Below, one piece after another: positions 10,131 to 20,887 of a stretch of DNA of 64,000 nucleotides. This stretch comes from Candidatus Thorarchaeota archaeon SMTZ1-45 (GTDB lineage Archaea; Asgardarchaeota; Thorarchaeia; Thorarchaeales; Thorarchaeaceae): NCBI GenBank assembly GCA_001563335.1, contig LRSL01000095.1:14586-78585 (forward strand). The letters are read 5' to 3'. Positions within the stretch are counted from its first letter, which is position 1; every line of letters starts with the position of its first letter. The translations under genes were made by a program, and so were the position numbers. The notes beneath the pieces are model-generated. The model worked only from the letters and a program-made list of their open reading frames with translations. It made no database searches and was not told the origin of the DNA.

Positions 10131-10336
10131 GGGTGCCCTCGAACATTTGTGTCAGTATTGTTGGAGAGATTGCATTGCCTCCAGTGCGGCCCTGGTGGGG
10201 TGATGAAACTCAAGTGGTTTCCATAATTCTAGTTCTGAGGCAATGATCTCTCTCGAAAATTCAGTACTCGAAATGGCTATATTTTTTTCCTGTTGAATAC
10301 AGAAGATTTTTCATATTTTTCGTTACTATTTTAGTT

Positions 10337-10855
10337 ATGGCCGAAAAAATTTCGAAAAAGAAGAAGCTTGATGATAAGGATGAAAAACTACTTTATCTTC
10401 TCCAGAAAGACAGTAAGCAGAGTATATCAAACCTTTCGAAATCTCTTGGTATTGGGATTTCTTCAGTCCATGCCAGAATGAAGGCTTTGAAGGAAACTGG
10501 TGTCATCAAACAATATACAGCGATAATCAATCCTGATTCGGTCAATCGTGAAACCTTGGCTTTCATTCTTGTTACAGTCAGATACAGAGCCCCAGGGAAA
10601 AAAGGCGTTCTTTCGCAAAGGGAGTTCTGTGAGCAGATTGCGGTTCACCCTTTAGTCCAAGGCGTATATGTACTGAGTGGGGAATATGATGTATTGTTGA
10701 AAGTGCGCGCTGAGAATATAGGTGAGATGAACAAGTTCATAGTTGACTTTCTGAGAGAGCTACCAGAGGTCGATAGGACACTGACGATGTTTGCTATGGA
10801 CACCTATCTTGACACACTCGAACTTCGTGACCTTTCGAATAGTCACAGACTCTAG
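10337..10855 (+). CDS. Lrp/AsnC family transcriptional regulator
   Basis: LDDKDEKLL HTH and SGEYDVLLKV RAM domain; divergent from glnA. Confidence 0.93.
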   Translation: MAEKISKKKKLDDKDEKLLYLLQKDSKQSISNLSKSLGIGISSVHARMKALKETGVIKQYTAIINPDSVNRETLAFILVTVRYRAPGKKGVLSQREFCEQIAVHPLVQGVYVLSGEYDVLLKVRAENIGEMNKFIVDFLRELPEVDRTLTMFAMDTYLDTLELRDLSNSHRL

Positions 10856-11163
10856 ATTACTCTCATTTGGAGACCCGTCATTATTCGAAGTCGTTCGATC
10901 TCAGCTTCAACTTCTCGAATTCTCTCAATATTAGGATGATAGAGTGGTTTTCGCATATCCATCAAATTGGGTGTTTTGTTTAGAAGTCTCATCCTCACTA
11001 ACTTTTGGAGTGCAAATGTAACAGTCCTAAGAGGTATCTTTGCTTTCTTTGACAAATCTCTTGGAGCCATTGGCCCATGCTTTGTGAGATGATCAAGAAG
11101 AATGATGGCACTTCTTGGGACATCATGTTGAGTGAGCATTTTCCCATCACATTCCACTATCAA
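10852..11163 (-). CDS. Small winged-helix (MarR-like) DNA-binding protein
   Basis: GPMAPRDLSKKAKIPLRTVTFALQKL...DMRKPLY, an archaeal wHTH pattern. Confidence 0.8.
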   Translation of the reverse strand: MIVECDGKMLTQHDVPRSAIILLDHLTKHGPMAPRDLSKKAKIPLRTVTFALQKLVRMRLLNKTPNLMDMRKPLYHPNIERIREVEAEIERLRIMTGLQMRVI

Positions 11164-11283
11164 ATCGGCAATATATTTGTTATATTATTGCCAATCCTAC
11201 GGTAATGTAATATCGATGGCAATTTATAAAGGTTAGTTTCTCCGTAAATAAGGAACAAAGGGAAGATATCAACTGGAGAGAGC

Positions 11284-12390
11284 ATGATGGTCACCAAAAA
11301 GAAACGTAAACTTACCGATGCTTTGCTTCTTGATGCACTCACACGATTTGGTGGAAAAGTCACAGCCACAGAATTGGCTCAATTATTAGGCTTTCCAGAT
11401 AGAACGATCAGATACCGATTGAACCGTCTCAAAGAGAAAGGATACCTAGATCGAATATGGACCCAGACACTTGACACTAAACTTGGACTGGGCGAAGTTG
11501 GCATCTTTCTTGAGATGTCTAATGAATATCGATCACTACCCAGAGAGTTTCTCTTTTGTTTTCGTAACTTTTATGCCAGCTATGCTACCTATGGACGCTA
11601 TAATGGCTATTTTATTGCCGGAGGTTATCCAATAGCAACACCTCAAATCATTGAAAGGATACTTAGGGCTCTAACACAGATGAACATCATCAGGGACTTC
11701 TATAGATTCTATACCCTTGACTTCATTTCGCTGCCAGCAGACTTGTCAAAATATAGTCCTTCAGCTGGATGGAGATGGGATTGGAAAGAATGGGTCGAAC
11801 AGTCAGAGAAGACGATCAAAGATGGCGAGCCCTCTGGTTTAGAATTTAATATGAATCCAGGTACAATGGACTATGACCATAAAGACATCGCAATTATTGC
11901 TGAGTTGAAGGCGTACGATCGAATCACGCTCAAAGAAATTAGTAGGAATGTTGGCTTGTCAGAAACGCAGGTGGGTGTTCGGATTCGACGACTCAAAGAG
12001 GCAGATGTGATCAGAGGTTCGTTGTGGCTGATAAGACCCACTCCAGAATCTGTTGTTTTGTATACTTTTGTTGAACTCAATGAACCTGATGATCCTGCCT
12101 TGTCCTGCTTCAGGTATCTTCCTTTTCGAAAGGAGATATTCATCGAATCACCTGATAAGGTAGGTGTCAGAATTACAATGAACTCCAGTGATATTGTCGA
12201 TTATATGAGAGCGTTTGAATCTCTGAGGTCCTATTTCCGCTCATATTTCATTCAGACTGCTGTGAATCTCCAAGTTGCTCCAGGAGGGATGCATAGATTC
12301 TATCATCTTCACAAGGAGTCTACAGGTCGATGGGAAATGCCTGTTGAGGAGTATATCAGGAACCTAGAGGAGTTCATGAAGAAGCATTAA
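11284..12390 (+). CDS. Tandem-duplicated AsnC/Lrp-like winged-helix regulator
   Basis: Two HTH modules: ATELAQLLGFPDRTIRYRLNRL and LKEISRNVGLSETQVGVRIRRL. Confidence 0.82.
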   Translation: MMVTKKKRKLTDALLLDALTRFGGKVTATELAQLLGFPDRTIRYRLNRLKEKGYLDRIWTQTLDTKLGLGEVGIFLEMSNEYRSLPREFLFCFRNFYASYATYGRYNGYFIAGGYPIATPQIIERILRALTQMNIIRDFYRFYTLDFISLPADLSKYSPSAGWRWDWKEWVEQSEKTIKDGEPSGLEFNMNPGTMDYDHKDIAIIAELKAYDRITLKEISRNVGLSETQVGVRIRRLKEADVIRGSLWLIRPTPESVVLYTFVELNEPDDPALSCFRYLPFRKEIFIESPDKVGVRITMNSSDIVDYMRAFESLRSYFRSYFIQTAVNLQVAPGGMHRFYHLHKESTGRWEMPVEEYIRNLEEFMKKH

Positions 12391-12455
12391 GACTAGAACG
12401 CTTACATTTATGGCACAGGGTAACTCCTAAGTCATCATAGCGAGGTGAATTCCAG

Positions 12456-15400
12456 TTGGAGTCAAGAGATCATGAGAGACCGAATTATACAGTAGATGAA
12501 GCACACGATATTGTCAAATCACTCTATGGTTTCTCGAGTGAGATTGTAGAACTACCAAGCGAACGAGATCAGAATTTTCACGTTATTGCAGATACAGGTG
12601 AAGAGTATGTTCTGAAGATTGCAGCAGAATCAGAACGAAGAGAAACTCTTGAGATGCAGAACAGCGCCATGCACCATCTCTCAACTGCTCATGGTAAGAT
12701 CAATTCTCCAAAGATCAAAAAAAGCATCAGTGGTCTTGAGATTGAAACAAGCACTCGAGATCGAACAACTCATTTTGTCAGGCTCGTATCGTATCTTCCA
12801 GGTAGGGTTTTTGCTCAAGTCAATCCTCACACACCAGAACTACTTCTTGACCTCGGACGATTTGTGGGCTCAATCAGTAAATGTCTTGCTGATTTTGATC
12901 ACCCCGCCGCTCATCGTGAATTCTATTGGGACTTGAAAAACGCAAGTTCGGTAATTAGGAAAAATAAAGAAATCATCACTGAAGATAATAAAAGGGAGCT
13001 TGTTGATTACTTCTTGCATCTCTTTGAATCCCTAGTTTTTCCTAAGTTGAAGGAACTGAAGAAAAGTGTCATTCATAATGATGCAAACGACTATAATGTG
13101 ATCGTTAATCGTCCACATGACGAAGATTCACGCTCTTTTGGAATCTTAGACTTCGGAGATATGGTGTATTCCTATACTATTAATGAACTTGCTATAGCAA
13201 TCGCATATGCAATACTTGACAAACCTGATCCAATAAGAGTTGCTCAGAAGATTTTGTCTGGCTATCATGCTATATTTCCACTGTCAGTAGTTGATTTAGA
13301 ACTGTTGTATCCCCTTGTCTGTACACGATTATCTATGAGTGTGTCAATCGCTGCACATCAACAACAACTTGAACCTGACAATGAATATCTTAGCATTAGT
13401 CAAAAACCTGCATGGAAAACGCTGACAATACTCAAGGAGATACATCCTCGATTTGCATCATATTGCTTCAGAGCTACTGTTGGTCTTGAACCATGTCAGA
13501 ATTCTAAAGTTGTAGTGGATTGGATTAAAAATAATCAAAAGCAATTTGGTAGTCCTCTTGGGATGCCTATTGATGGAAAAAATAGTATTGTATTAGATCT
13601 AAGTGTAGGCAGCTTGGATGTAACTTCACCTCACCACCTCGCAGATCACAGAACCTTTGGAGATCTGATCAACAAGAAACTAAGGGCTGCTGGGGTCGAC
13701 ATAGGTGTCGGTAGATATGATGAGCCCCGTTTGATTTATACTGGTGACCAATATATTGCATTTAACGGAGAGAAACGCACGGTTCATCTTGCTATGGACC
13801 TCTTCGTTGATAGTGGCACTCCAGTATTTTCAGTCTATGATGGGACTATCCATAGCTTTCAGGACAACGCTCTACCATTAGATAATGGACCAACCATTGT
13901 TATTGAGCACACGACAACTCCAGATGTTCCACCCTTCTACATCCTCTATAGCCATCTGACTCGAGATTCACTTGAAGGACTGTCTATTGGAGAACATATC
14001 AAGAAAGGGCAGCAGATTGGACGTGTTGGTGAATATCCCGATAATGGTGGGTGGCCTCCCCATCTTCATTTCCAGCTAATTGTAGATATGATGGATGAGA
14101 AAGGAGATTTTTATGGTGTTGCTCCACCTAGCAAACGTGATGTCTGGTTAAGCATATGTCCGAATCCCAACTTGATTCTTCAGATTCCCGCAAATATGTT
14201 TCCAGAACCAGACCTATCCAAGAATGAAATCTTGGAGATTAGAAGTAAGTCAATTGGGCTTTCTCTAAGCGTTTCATACAGAAAACCTCTGAACATAGTT
14301 CGAGGATTCATGCAGTATCTCTATGATGAAACTGGTCGCGAGTATCTAGACATCCGCAACAATGTCCCTCAGGTTGGTCATAGTAATCCCCGAGTAGTGA
14401 AAGTGCTTAGTCAACAAGCGGCAGTCCTAAACACGAACACTCGATATCTGCATCAAAATCTCGCGCTGTACGCAAAGCGATTGACAGCGAAACTACCCAC
14501 AGACCTCAGTGTCTGTTTCTTTGTTAATAGTGGGAGTGAAGCAAATGAGCTTGCATTGAGATTGGCTCGAACCCATACCCGTCAAAAGGATGTTATTGCT
14601 ATCAGAGGAGCCTATCATGGAAACACAGCCGAGCTTATAGACATTAGTTCATACAAGCATGATGGTCCTGGCGGTGAAGGTTCACCTTCACATGTACATA
14701 TCGTGAGAATGCCAGACACGTATCGCGGAGAATACAAGGGTTCTGATGCAGGAAAGAAGTTCGCAGAAGACATTCTTAAGGCGACTAAGAGGATTAAAGA
14801 AGATGGTCGGGGTTTCGCTGCCTTTATCTGTGAGCCACTTATGGGCTGTGGTGGTCAGATTGTTTTCCCCAGAGACTATCTAAAAGAAGCATTCAGATAT
14901 GTCCGTGAAGCTGGTGGGGTTTGTATTGTGGATGAGGTGCAAGTGGGTTTTGGAAGAATGGGCGATTACTTCTGGGGGTTCGAAACTCAAGGAGTCGTTC
15001 CAGATATTGTAACGATGGGCAAACCAATTGGTAATGGTCATCCGATTGGAGCTGTGGTCACGACTCGCAAGATAGCAGATTCATTCACTACTGGTATGGA
15101 GTTCTTTAGTACAACAGGCGGTAACACTGTTTCGTGTGCAGTAGGAATGGCTGTCTTGGATGAGATAGACCAAGAAAATCTGCAAGGGAATGCCAAGGAC
15201 GTGGGGACATATTTACTCAAAGGCTTGAAGAGTTTAATGAAAGCTCATCCAATCATTGGAGATGTCCGTGGATTTGGTCTCTTTATTGGTGTTGAACTCG
15301 TTCGAAACCGTGAAACCCTAGAACCTGCGAGGGAGGAAACTAAGTATGTTGTGGAACGTTTTTGTGAACTTGGACTTCTCATCAGTGTTGATGGCCCTCT

Positions 15401-15521
15401 TCAAAATGTCCTCTTGATTAAGCCACCTTTGGTCTTCAATAAGGATAATGCCAATAGGTTAGTTGAAACACTAGACACAGTCCTTCGGGAAGATCCGATA
15501 ACTCACTGTCAAGAAGAGTGA
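12456..15521 (+). CDS. Fusion of an APH/hydroxylysine-kinase-like kinase, an M23-like domain and a class III aminotransferase/phospho-lyase
   Basis: Kinase IHNDANDYN and LDFGD; M23 HLAMD and PHLH; PLP-enzyme [16 protein letters not shown] and TMGKPIGNG; SD GAGGTGA upstream. Confidence 0.92.
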   Translation: MESRDHERPNYTVDEAHDIVKSLYGFSSEIVELPSERDQNFHVIADTGEEYVLKIAAESERRETLEMQNSAMHHLSTAHGKINSPKIKKSISGLEIETSTRDRTTHFVRLVSYLPGRVFAQVNPHTPELLLDLGRFVGSISKCLADFDHPAAHREFYWDLKNASSVIRKNKEIITEDNKRELVDYFLHLFESLVFPKLKELKKSVIHNDANDYNVIVNRPHDEDSRSFGILDFGDMVYSYTINELAIAIAYAILDKPDPIRVAQKILSGYHAIFPLSVVDLELLYPLVCTRLSMSVSIAAHQQQLEPDNEYLSISQKPAWKTLTILKEIHPRFASYCFRATVGLEPCQNSKVVVDWIKNNQKQFGSPLGMPIDGKNSIVLDLSVGSLDVTSPHHLADHRTFGDLINKKLRAAGVDIGVGRYDEPRLIYTGDQYIAFNGEKRTVHLAMDLFVDSGTPVFSVYDGTIHSFQDNALPLDNGPTIVIEHTTTPDVPPFYILYSHLTRDSLEGLSIGEHIKKGQQIGRVGEYPDNGGWPPHLHFQLIVDMMDEKGDFYGVAPPSKRDVWLSICPNPNLILQIPANMFPEPDLSKNEILEIRSKSIGLSLSVSYRKPLNIVRGFMQYLYDETGREYLDIRNNVPQVGHSNPRVVKVLSQQAAVLNTNTRYLHQNLALYAKRLTAKLPTDLSVCFFVNSGSEANELALRLARTHTRQKDVIAIRGAYHGNTAELIDISSYKHDGPGGEGSPSHVHIVRMPDTYRGEYKGSDAGKKFAEDILKATKRIKEDGRGFAAFICEPLMGCGGQIVFPRDYLKEAFRYVREAGGVCIVDEVQVGFGRMGDYFWGFETQGVVPDIVTMGKPIGNGHPIGAVVTTRKIADSFTTGMEFFSTTGGNTVSCAVGMAVLDEIDQENLQGNAKDVGTYLLKGLKSLMKAHPIIGDVRGFGLFIGVELVRNRETLEPAREETKYVVERFCELGLLISVDGPLQNVLLIKPPLVFNKDNANRLVETLDTVLREDPITHCQEE

Positions 15522-16672
15522 TGGACATCATGCAAACAAGACCTGACTATTCTAGAAGTATTGTTAATCTCATGAGTTCAATAGGTTCCGCCTCAGGAGT
15601 AAATAGCCCATATCCTCCTCTTGATTCACTAGACTCTCTGAAGGAGTCAAAGAACATAGTCCTCATCATCTTAGATGGGCTTGGATTCAATTACCTTCGA
15701 AAACATGGGAATGGAACTACACTTCAGAAGAATCTCAAAGGTTCTATCACTTCTGTCTTTCCTCCCTCCACAGGTTCTGCGATTACCTCTTTCCTCTCAG
15801 GGCTCCCTCCACAACAACATGGTGTTATTGGCTGGTATGTTCACCTGAAGGAGTACGGCCTTGTTTCTCGGATTCTCCCATATACTAATGCAATTGATGG
15901 AAATGTTATCGATGCTCCGATTTCAAGGGTGATTGATGTCAAGAGTATCCTCAGTGACATCAACCGAGAGTACTCGATGATTTATGACTATCAAATCGTG
16001 GACTCTGAATACACAAGGAATCTCGCAGGTAGTGCCCGAAGGATTGGTTACTCTGACATTGACTCATTCTTCAGTAGTATCCGTAGTGCCATAACAAAGT
16101 CGAAAAAACAAAGCTATGTTTACTCATATTGGCCCACCTTGGATAGCATTAGTCATTTTCTGGGTTGCGAAAGTCATGAGGCAAAGAAACACCTCATAGA
16201 GTTTGATGAAATGCTTTATTCGTTCATTGAAACCTTGACTGATTCAGACACGACATTGGTCATCACCGCGGATCATGGATTCAATGATGTTCCTCCAGAA
16301 AACATAGTGTACACAAGAGATCATCCAAAACTCGAAGAATGTCTACACCTCCCAGTGTGTGGTGACACCAGAACTGGATTCTGTTATGTGCGACCATCTA
16401 AAGTGTCGGAGTTTGAGAGATATATCAAGAATGATCTTGGTGATATTTGCAACCTTCATACAAGCAAAGAGTTGGTCCATGAGAACTGGTTTGGTTTTCA
16501 TGACCCCCATCCGCGACTGCTTGATAGAGTAGGTGATTACACTCTAACCTTCAATGAGGGTTTTGCGCTTTTGAACTGCTTCCCAGGATTTGAGCCTCCT
16601 GAGTTGAGTGGACACCATGGAGGAGTGAGTTCCGATGAGATGAACGTCCCACTTATCATCATTGATTGTTGA
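15518..16672 (+). CDS. Alkaline phosphatase superfamily, type I phosphodiesterase/nucleotide pyrophosphatase
   Basis: ILDGLG, SVFPPST, LDSISH, ITADHG and GHHGG motifs; 4-nt overlap with the upstream gene. Confidence 0.9.
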   Translation: MMDIMQTRPDYSRSIVNLMSSIGSASGVNSPYPPLDSLDSLKESKNIVLIILDGLGFNYLRKHGNGTTLQKNLKGSITSVFPPSTGSAITSFLSGLPPQQHGVIGWYVHLKEYGLVSRILPYTNAIDGNVIDAPISRVIDVKSILSDINREYSMIYDYQIVDSEYTRNLAGSARRIGYSDIDSFFSSIRSAITKSKKQSYVYSYWPTLDSISHFLGCESHEAKKHLIEFDEMLYSFIETLTDSDTTLVITADHGFNDVPPENIVYTRDHPKLEECLHLPVCGDTRTGFCYVRPSKVSEFERYIKNDLGDICNLHTSKELVHENWFGFHDPHPRLLDRVGDYTLTFNEGFALLNCFPGFEPPELSGHHGGVSSDEMNVPLIIIDC

Positions 16673-16716
16673 AAACAACGAAACTTACTGAATCTATGAA
16701 GAAGACCCGAATTCTG

Positions 16717-18597
16717 CTAAGTTCTTCTCCTCTGAATCAAGACAACCGCGATTATGACAACTCCTGCACCAACTAGGAGAGCTCCTACGATGATTTCTGT
16801 GTTATCTGGACCCAGCTGTGTAAGATTCTCTAGATTCATCATATAGAACCTGTAGTGTATCTTGTCCGGGATGTCAGTGGTGAAGGGATTATCAGTTAGC
16901 CACTCTTCAATGACATAACCATCGATAGCATATCCAGACTGATTTTGGAAAACTCTGTTTCGAGGTAGCGAATCCCATGCGTCCTCAGGAACCTCAGAAG
17001 CAGAAAATGAACTCGTGTTTGCCTCGACCATATTTCGTCCCCAAAACTGAAAGACTGCATTATCAAAGGACTCAGAAGTGGCATGAACATCAATGGTAAC
17101 ATTGTAAATTGGAGTTGGTAAAACAGTGCTCTCAAAAGGAATAATCATACGTGTTGTGTCAATGTCTGATTCAATCGATTCTGCTACGGATTCTGCATTG
17201 GGTATTCCCGGTCCAATTATCCAATCTATCTGGTAGTCAATAGCTGGCGCAAAGTCAGACCAATCAGATGATTGTCTAGGCACAGATAGCTCAATCGAAA
17301 TTTGATCACAAACAGAATCCGCTTCATACAATAGAAGACGTAGCTGAGCTATATCAGAGGAAATCAACAAATTCGGTACCGATGACAAGCTGTCCTCAAG
17401 AGCTTGTAGTTCAGTTTGTTGAGACGTGTTTAGAGAGAATCCTCTGAAGTAATCAATCTCATCTAGATAGCGTCCCCAGAGTTGCAACCCTTGCCCATTA
17501 TTTATGAGGTCCATGTCAAATCTATCAAAGCTTGTGGGTTGCTGATACGAACACATCACTGACATACTAGTGCTAGCAAAAACCCATCCAAACATTGTAT
17601 GTATGTCCGTTTGACCAATACAATGACCCAATTCATGAATAATCGTTGGAGTGATAGAAGCACGTGGGTGATTTGGATCGCCACCATAGAAGTATGAAAA
17701 TTCACTTCTACCGTTCAAACACCATGCATCAATCTCTGGAAAGGTCGAATTGATGCCGCCTAATCCGCCAATCGCCATCTGATAGAATACTGACCACAAT
17801 GGATTGTGCTGAAGCATGACCAATGCAGGAAGTACCAGATCAGAAGAAGTGTATCTTAGGTCTGAGCAGATAATGTCATGAAGAATATAGTCCGTCCGAT
17901 TCAGATAATCATCATCAATTATGATTCGACCATCTTGCGTCTTCTCCATCATAAAATCTGCAAACTCGGTATGGTTGTCATAGTCGAACCAAAATAACTC
18001 AATTTCCCAGGTAATGAGCGGGAATGCTTCATTCAGTGTATCTTCGATGATGTCTGGATGTATCACCCAGGTGTGCATCATAGTATCATCATATGTTTCG
18101 TTCAACCCGTACATCACGATTAATGGAATGAATGCCTCATATGGTGCATCGAAGTCCTTCACATAATCCACTACAGAATCCACTGCATAATACTCATCCA
18201 CATAGTATGGAGGCAGCTCAAGACGCTTCGTCGTTTTTTCGAAGAGATATTCAAGCTGACCCGTCAAGTTCTGAAGGTTCAGGTCCTTCTCGTGCTCATG
18301 AACTGGCCACTCATAGCCATACTCAATCCATTCAGAAAGCCAATCCACAGCTCCAAAGTCTAGAAAGTAGTTCCTGCTATCTGAAATAAAACCTCGAAGA
18401 GGAAGGGAGTAGGGGATATCACAAAGGGCGAAAAATGGAACCCACAAATCTTGATGATTGATATCGAAGTTGTTCCCAGTGTACCAGTATGTGGACCTCG
18501 TTTCATTATCTACCGCGCTTGTCTGTTGAATAATAGTTGTGCTAAGAAGAACGAACAGTGTGATTATCGTAATCACCTGAACTCTTGAATCCCTCAT
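16717..18597 (-). CDS. Secreted, membrane-anchored zincin metalloprotease-like protein
   Basis: Signal peptide, IIHELGHCIGQTDIH zinc motif, SVM Met-turn-like segment, C-terminal TM followed by RRR. Confidence 0.7.
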   Translation of the reverse strand: MRDSRVQVITIITLFVLLSTTIIQQTSAVDNETRSTYWYTGNNFDINHQDLWVPFFALCDIPYSLPLRGFISDSRNYFLDFGAVDWLSEWIEYGYEWPVHEHEKDLNLQNLTGQLEYLFEKTTKRLELPPYYVDEYYAVDSVVDYVKDFDAPYEAFIPLIVMYGLNETYDDTMMHTWVIHPDIIEDTLNEAFPLITWEIELFWFDYDNHTEFADFMMEKTQDGRIIIDDDYLNRTDYILHDIICSDLRYTSSDLVLPALVMLQHNPLWSVFYQMAIGGLGGINSTFPEIDAWCLNGRSEFSYFYGGDPNHPRASITPTIIHELGHCIGQTDIHTMFGWVFASTSMSVMCSYQQPTSFDRFDMDLINNGQGLQLWGRYLDEIDYFRGFSLNTSQQTELQALEDSLSSVPNLLISSDIAQLRLLLYEADSVCDQISIELSVPRQSSDWSDFAPAIDYQIDWIIGPGIPNAESVAESIESDIDTTRMIIPFESTVLPTPIYNVTIDVHATSESFDNAVFQFWGRNMVEANTSSFSASEVPEDAWDSLPRNRVFQNQSGYAIDGYVIEEWLTDNPFTTDIPDKIHYRFYMMNLENLTQLGPDNTEIIVGALLVGAGVVIIAVVLIQRRRT

Positions 18598-18716
18598 CGA
18601 AATCGCCGTTTATTTATGAAACAAATATATTATCTATCTCTTCGACGCACCTAGAAGACATTTTCGGTCATACACTTATAATTCCATGTGTTTAAAGCCA
18701 AAAGTCAGATGGTGAT

Positions 18717-19673
18717 TTGCTGATGGTTTCCTTCGAAGATATTGAACATGCGCGCAAATGCATCAAGGGTCATATCAAGACCACTCCATTGCATCATTCA
18801 CCGCACCTCAGTGAAATGATTCAGGGGTCAGTGTATTTGAAATTGGAAAATGAACAAATCACTGGATCGTTCAAGGTTCGAGGTGCTTTGAACAGGCTGA
18901 TGACTCTGACGAAAGAACAAGCCTCAAGAGGAGTAATTACTGCCTCAACGGGAAATCATGGATTAGGCACCGCATATGCTGCAAAGAAATTGGGTATTTC
19001 TGCAAAAGTTGTATTTCCCAAAGAAGCATCACGAGTCAAGATGGAGAAAATGCAGAAGGCTGGTGTTGAAGTCATCCAGGATGTGGGGTATGCTGATATT
19101 GAGTCCTATGCTCGTAGACTTGCGAAAGAGAGGAGTTTGACCTACGTAAGTCCTTACAATGACCCCATGATAGTTGCCGGTGCTGGTACGACCGGTCTTG
19201 AGATTGTTGAGCAACTAGGTAACATTGATGCTGTGATTGTACCAATTGGTGGGGGAGGTCTCATCTCGGGAATTGCTACTGTGGTGAAGGTCATGAGTCC
19301 ACATACTGAGATGATTGGAGTGCAATCTGAAGTTTCTCCAGAAGTCTACGAATCGTGGAAGGCAGGTCACTGGGTGGATGCTGAAGAATCTGATTCTGTT
19401 GCCCAAGGACTGATGGGCGGCGTTGAACCTGATTCAATCACTCTTGATATCATTCAGGAACTCTTGGATAGGATTGTTCTTGTAAAGGAATCCTCAATCA
19501 TTGAAGCTATGCGTGTTCTGTATGAAAATGAGAACCTCATCATCGAAGGCGCAGGCGCTGCTTCGACAGCAGTCATCTTAGAAAGAGCAGATGAGTTCCA
19601 AGGGAAGCGTCTAGTCGCAGTTGTCACTGGTGGCAATATTAGCGAAGACGAATTAGTTACTCTTCTCTATTGA
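18717..19673 (+). CDS. PLP-dependent serine/threonine dehydratase (catabolic-type, no regulatory domain)
   Basis: LKLENEQITGSFKVRG, STGNHG, PIGGGGL and TGGN motifs. Confidence 0.92.
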   Translation: MLMVSFEDIEHARKCIKGHIKTTPLHHSPHLSEMIQGSVYLKLENEQITGSFKVRGALNRLMTLTKEQASRGVITASTGNHGLGTAYAAKKLGISAKVVFPKEASRVKMEKMQKAGVEVIQDVGYADIESYARRLAKERSLTYVSPYNDPMIVAGAGTTGLEIVEQLGNIDAVIVPIGGGGLISGIATVVKVMSPHTEMIGVQSEVSPEVYESWKAGHWVDAEESDSVAQGLMGGVEPDSITLDIIQELLDRIVLVKESSIIEAMRVLYENENLIIEGAGAASTAVILERADEFQGKRLVAVVTGGNISEDELVTLLY

Positions 19674-19683
19674 ATTCCTATAT

Positions 19684-20175
19684 CTAACTCGTTGAACCTT
19701 CATCAACAATCCTGATTGTGGCTGCTATTCTTGTTAGAAATTGGCTCTCATTTGGAATCATTCCCACGAAGGAGAGTCTATTATTGATTGATATAATTGG
19801 TGCAGAAGCCCCTATGAATGCAGAGAATCCTTGTTCATCTAATACAGTTGAATCCCCACTCCCGCGCAGAGCTGCATTTAACCACTCCATAGCATCATCT
19901 ATTTTCTCAGGAGTTTCATAGCCTGCCCATCTTATACAGATATTCTCTCCAAACTTGACTTGAGCCTGCTCCAATAATTGACTGATTTTCTCCATCGGGT
20001 CACTGGATGCAAGCTTCACAACAACAGTGTCTGCTTGAGGAGTGACTACAGGAGCAGTAGTATCTCCACATGCATCTTCATCTTTCACAACCGGGTCTGC
20101 TTCAACAATCCCAATCCCTGACATTGGGGGGAAAACTGTAATTGTGACCTTCTCTATGCATTCATCATCCTTCAT
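19684..20175 (-). CDS. Thioredoxin-fold protein, ArsD-like
   Basis: ITVFPP at the N-terminus and APIISINNRLSFVGMIPNE at the C-terminus resemble ArsD. Start placed at MKDDEC; the ORF track starts at 20244. Confidence 0.45.
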   Translation of the reverse strand: MKDDECIEKVTITVFPPMSGIGIVEADPVVKDEDACGDTTAPVVTPQADTVVVKLASSDPMEKISQLLEQAQVKFGENICIRWAGYETPEKIDDAMEWLNAALRGSGDSTVLDEQGFSAFIGASAPIISINNRLSFVGMIPNESQFLTRIAATIRIVDEGSTS

Positions 20176-20224
20176 AGTCTTCTCGTTATGCCGTTTGGGT
20201 AATATCTGTATGGTTGTTACAATT

Positions 20225-20836
20225 TTAGACAGAAGCAACGGCATCTTTTGAAAATTCTTTATACACTACATCTGACTGTATGATTTTGAATGTTTGATCA
20301 AACCACTTGTACTCGCTCTCTGCAGGATTCAGACCTTGAACTACAGAGAACGGTTGTTTTACTTGCGTCTTCAAAGATCTTCGAACAAAATCACTATTCT
20401 CAAGAAGTCCCGCATACTTCCAAGACGGTAGCTTCAATTGTTTGCTCCCTTGAGTCAGGTTCTCGACAAGTGGTCGGAATAACTTGACCGGGAGAACTGG
20501 GTTGTTCTCTGGGTTGTCTAGGGCATATCCATAGAAAGCTGTCACTACTTGCGTTTTTGTCAACTTAATTTCTGGTTTCATTCCAGCTAGTATTTCGATT
20601 TCTGGAATGCCTATATCCATTAGGTAGCAGTGAATGTTATTTATCATTGTACCAATGAAATCACTAACATTCTTTTGATGGAATGTTGATTTTAGCTTGA
20701 ACACTACCGAAAAGGCTGTGAACTAAACCCAGTTCTTGGGGGAATCTTTCGGTGCTGAATCCTCCTTTCCAAAGCCCCTGAAGCCATCCAACCATAAGCT
20801 TGTTGTGTTCTCTCTCTCCTCATCACGCTCTTTCAT
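20225..20836 (-). pseudogene. Hypothetical protein interrupted by an in-frame TAG
   Basis: ATG 20836 opens 37 codons (MKERDEE...KNWV), then TAG at 20725-20723, then continues in frame into the 159-aa ORF. Confidence 0.5.
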
Positions 20837-20887
20837 AGTTTCACAATCCGTATGGGATTATTGTGCCTTTGTGAAGAATGTTGCTCT

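Noticed and set aside
20723-20725. In-frame TAG codons (also 60905-60907) as pyrrolysine or stop-codon recoding
   Set aside because: TAG terminates clearly complete genes in this window (MFS, SCP2, glnA, Lrp), no pyl genes are visible, and other lesions are TAA, TGA or frameshifts. Nonsense mutation is the simpler explanation.
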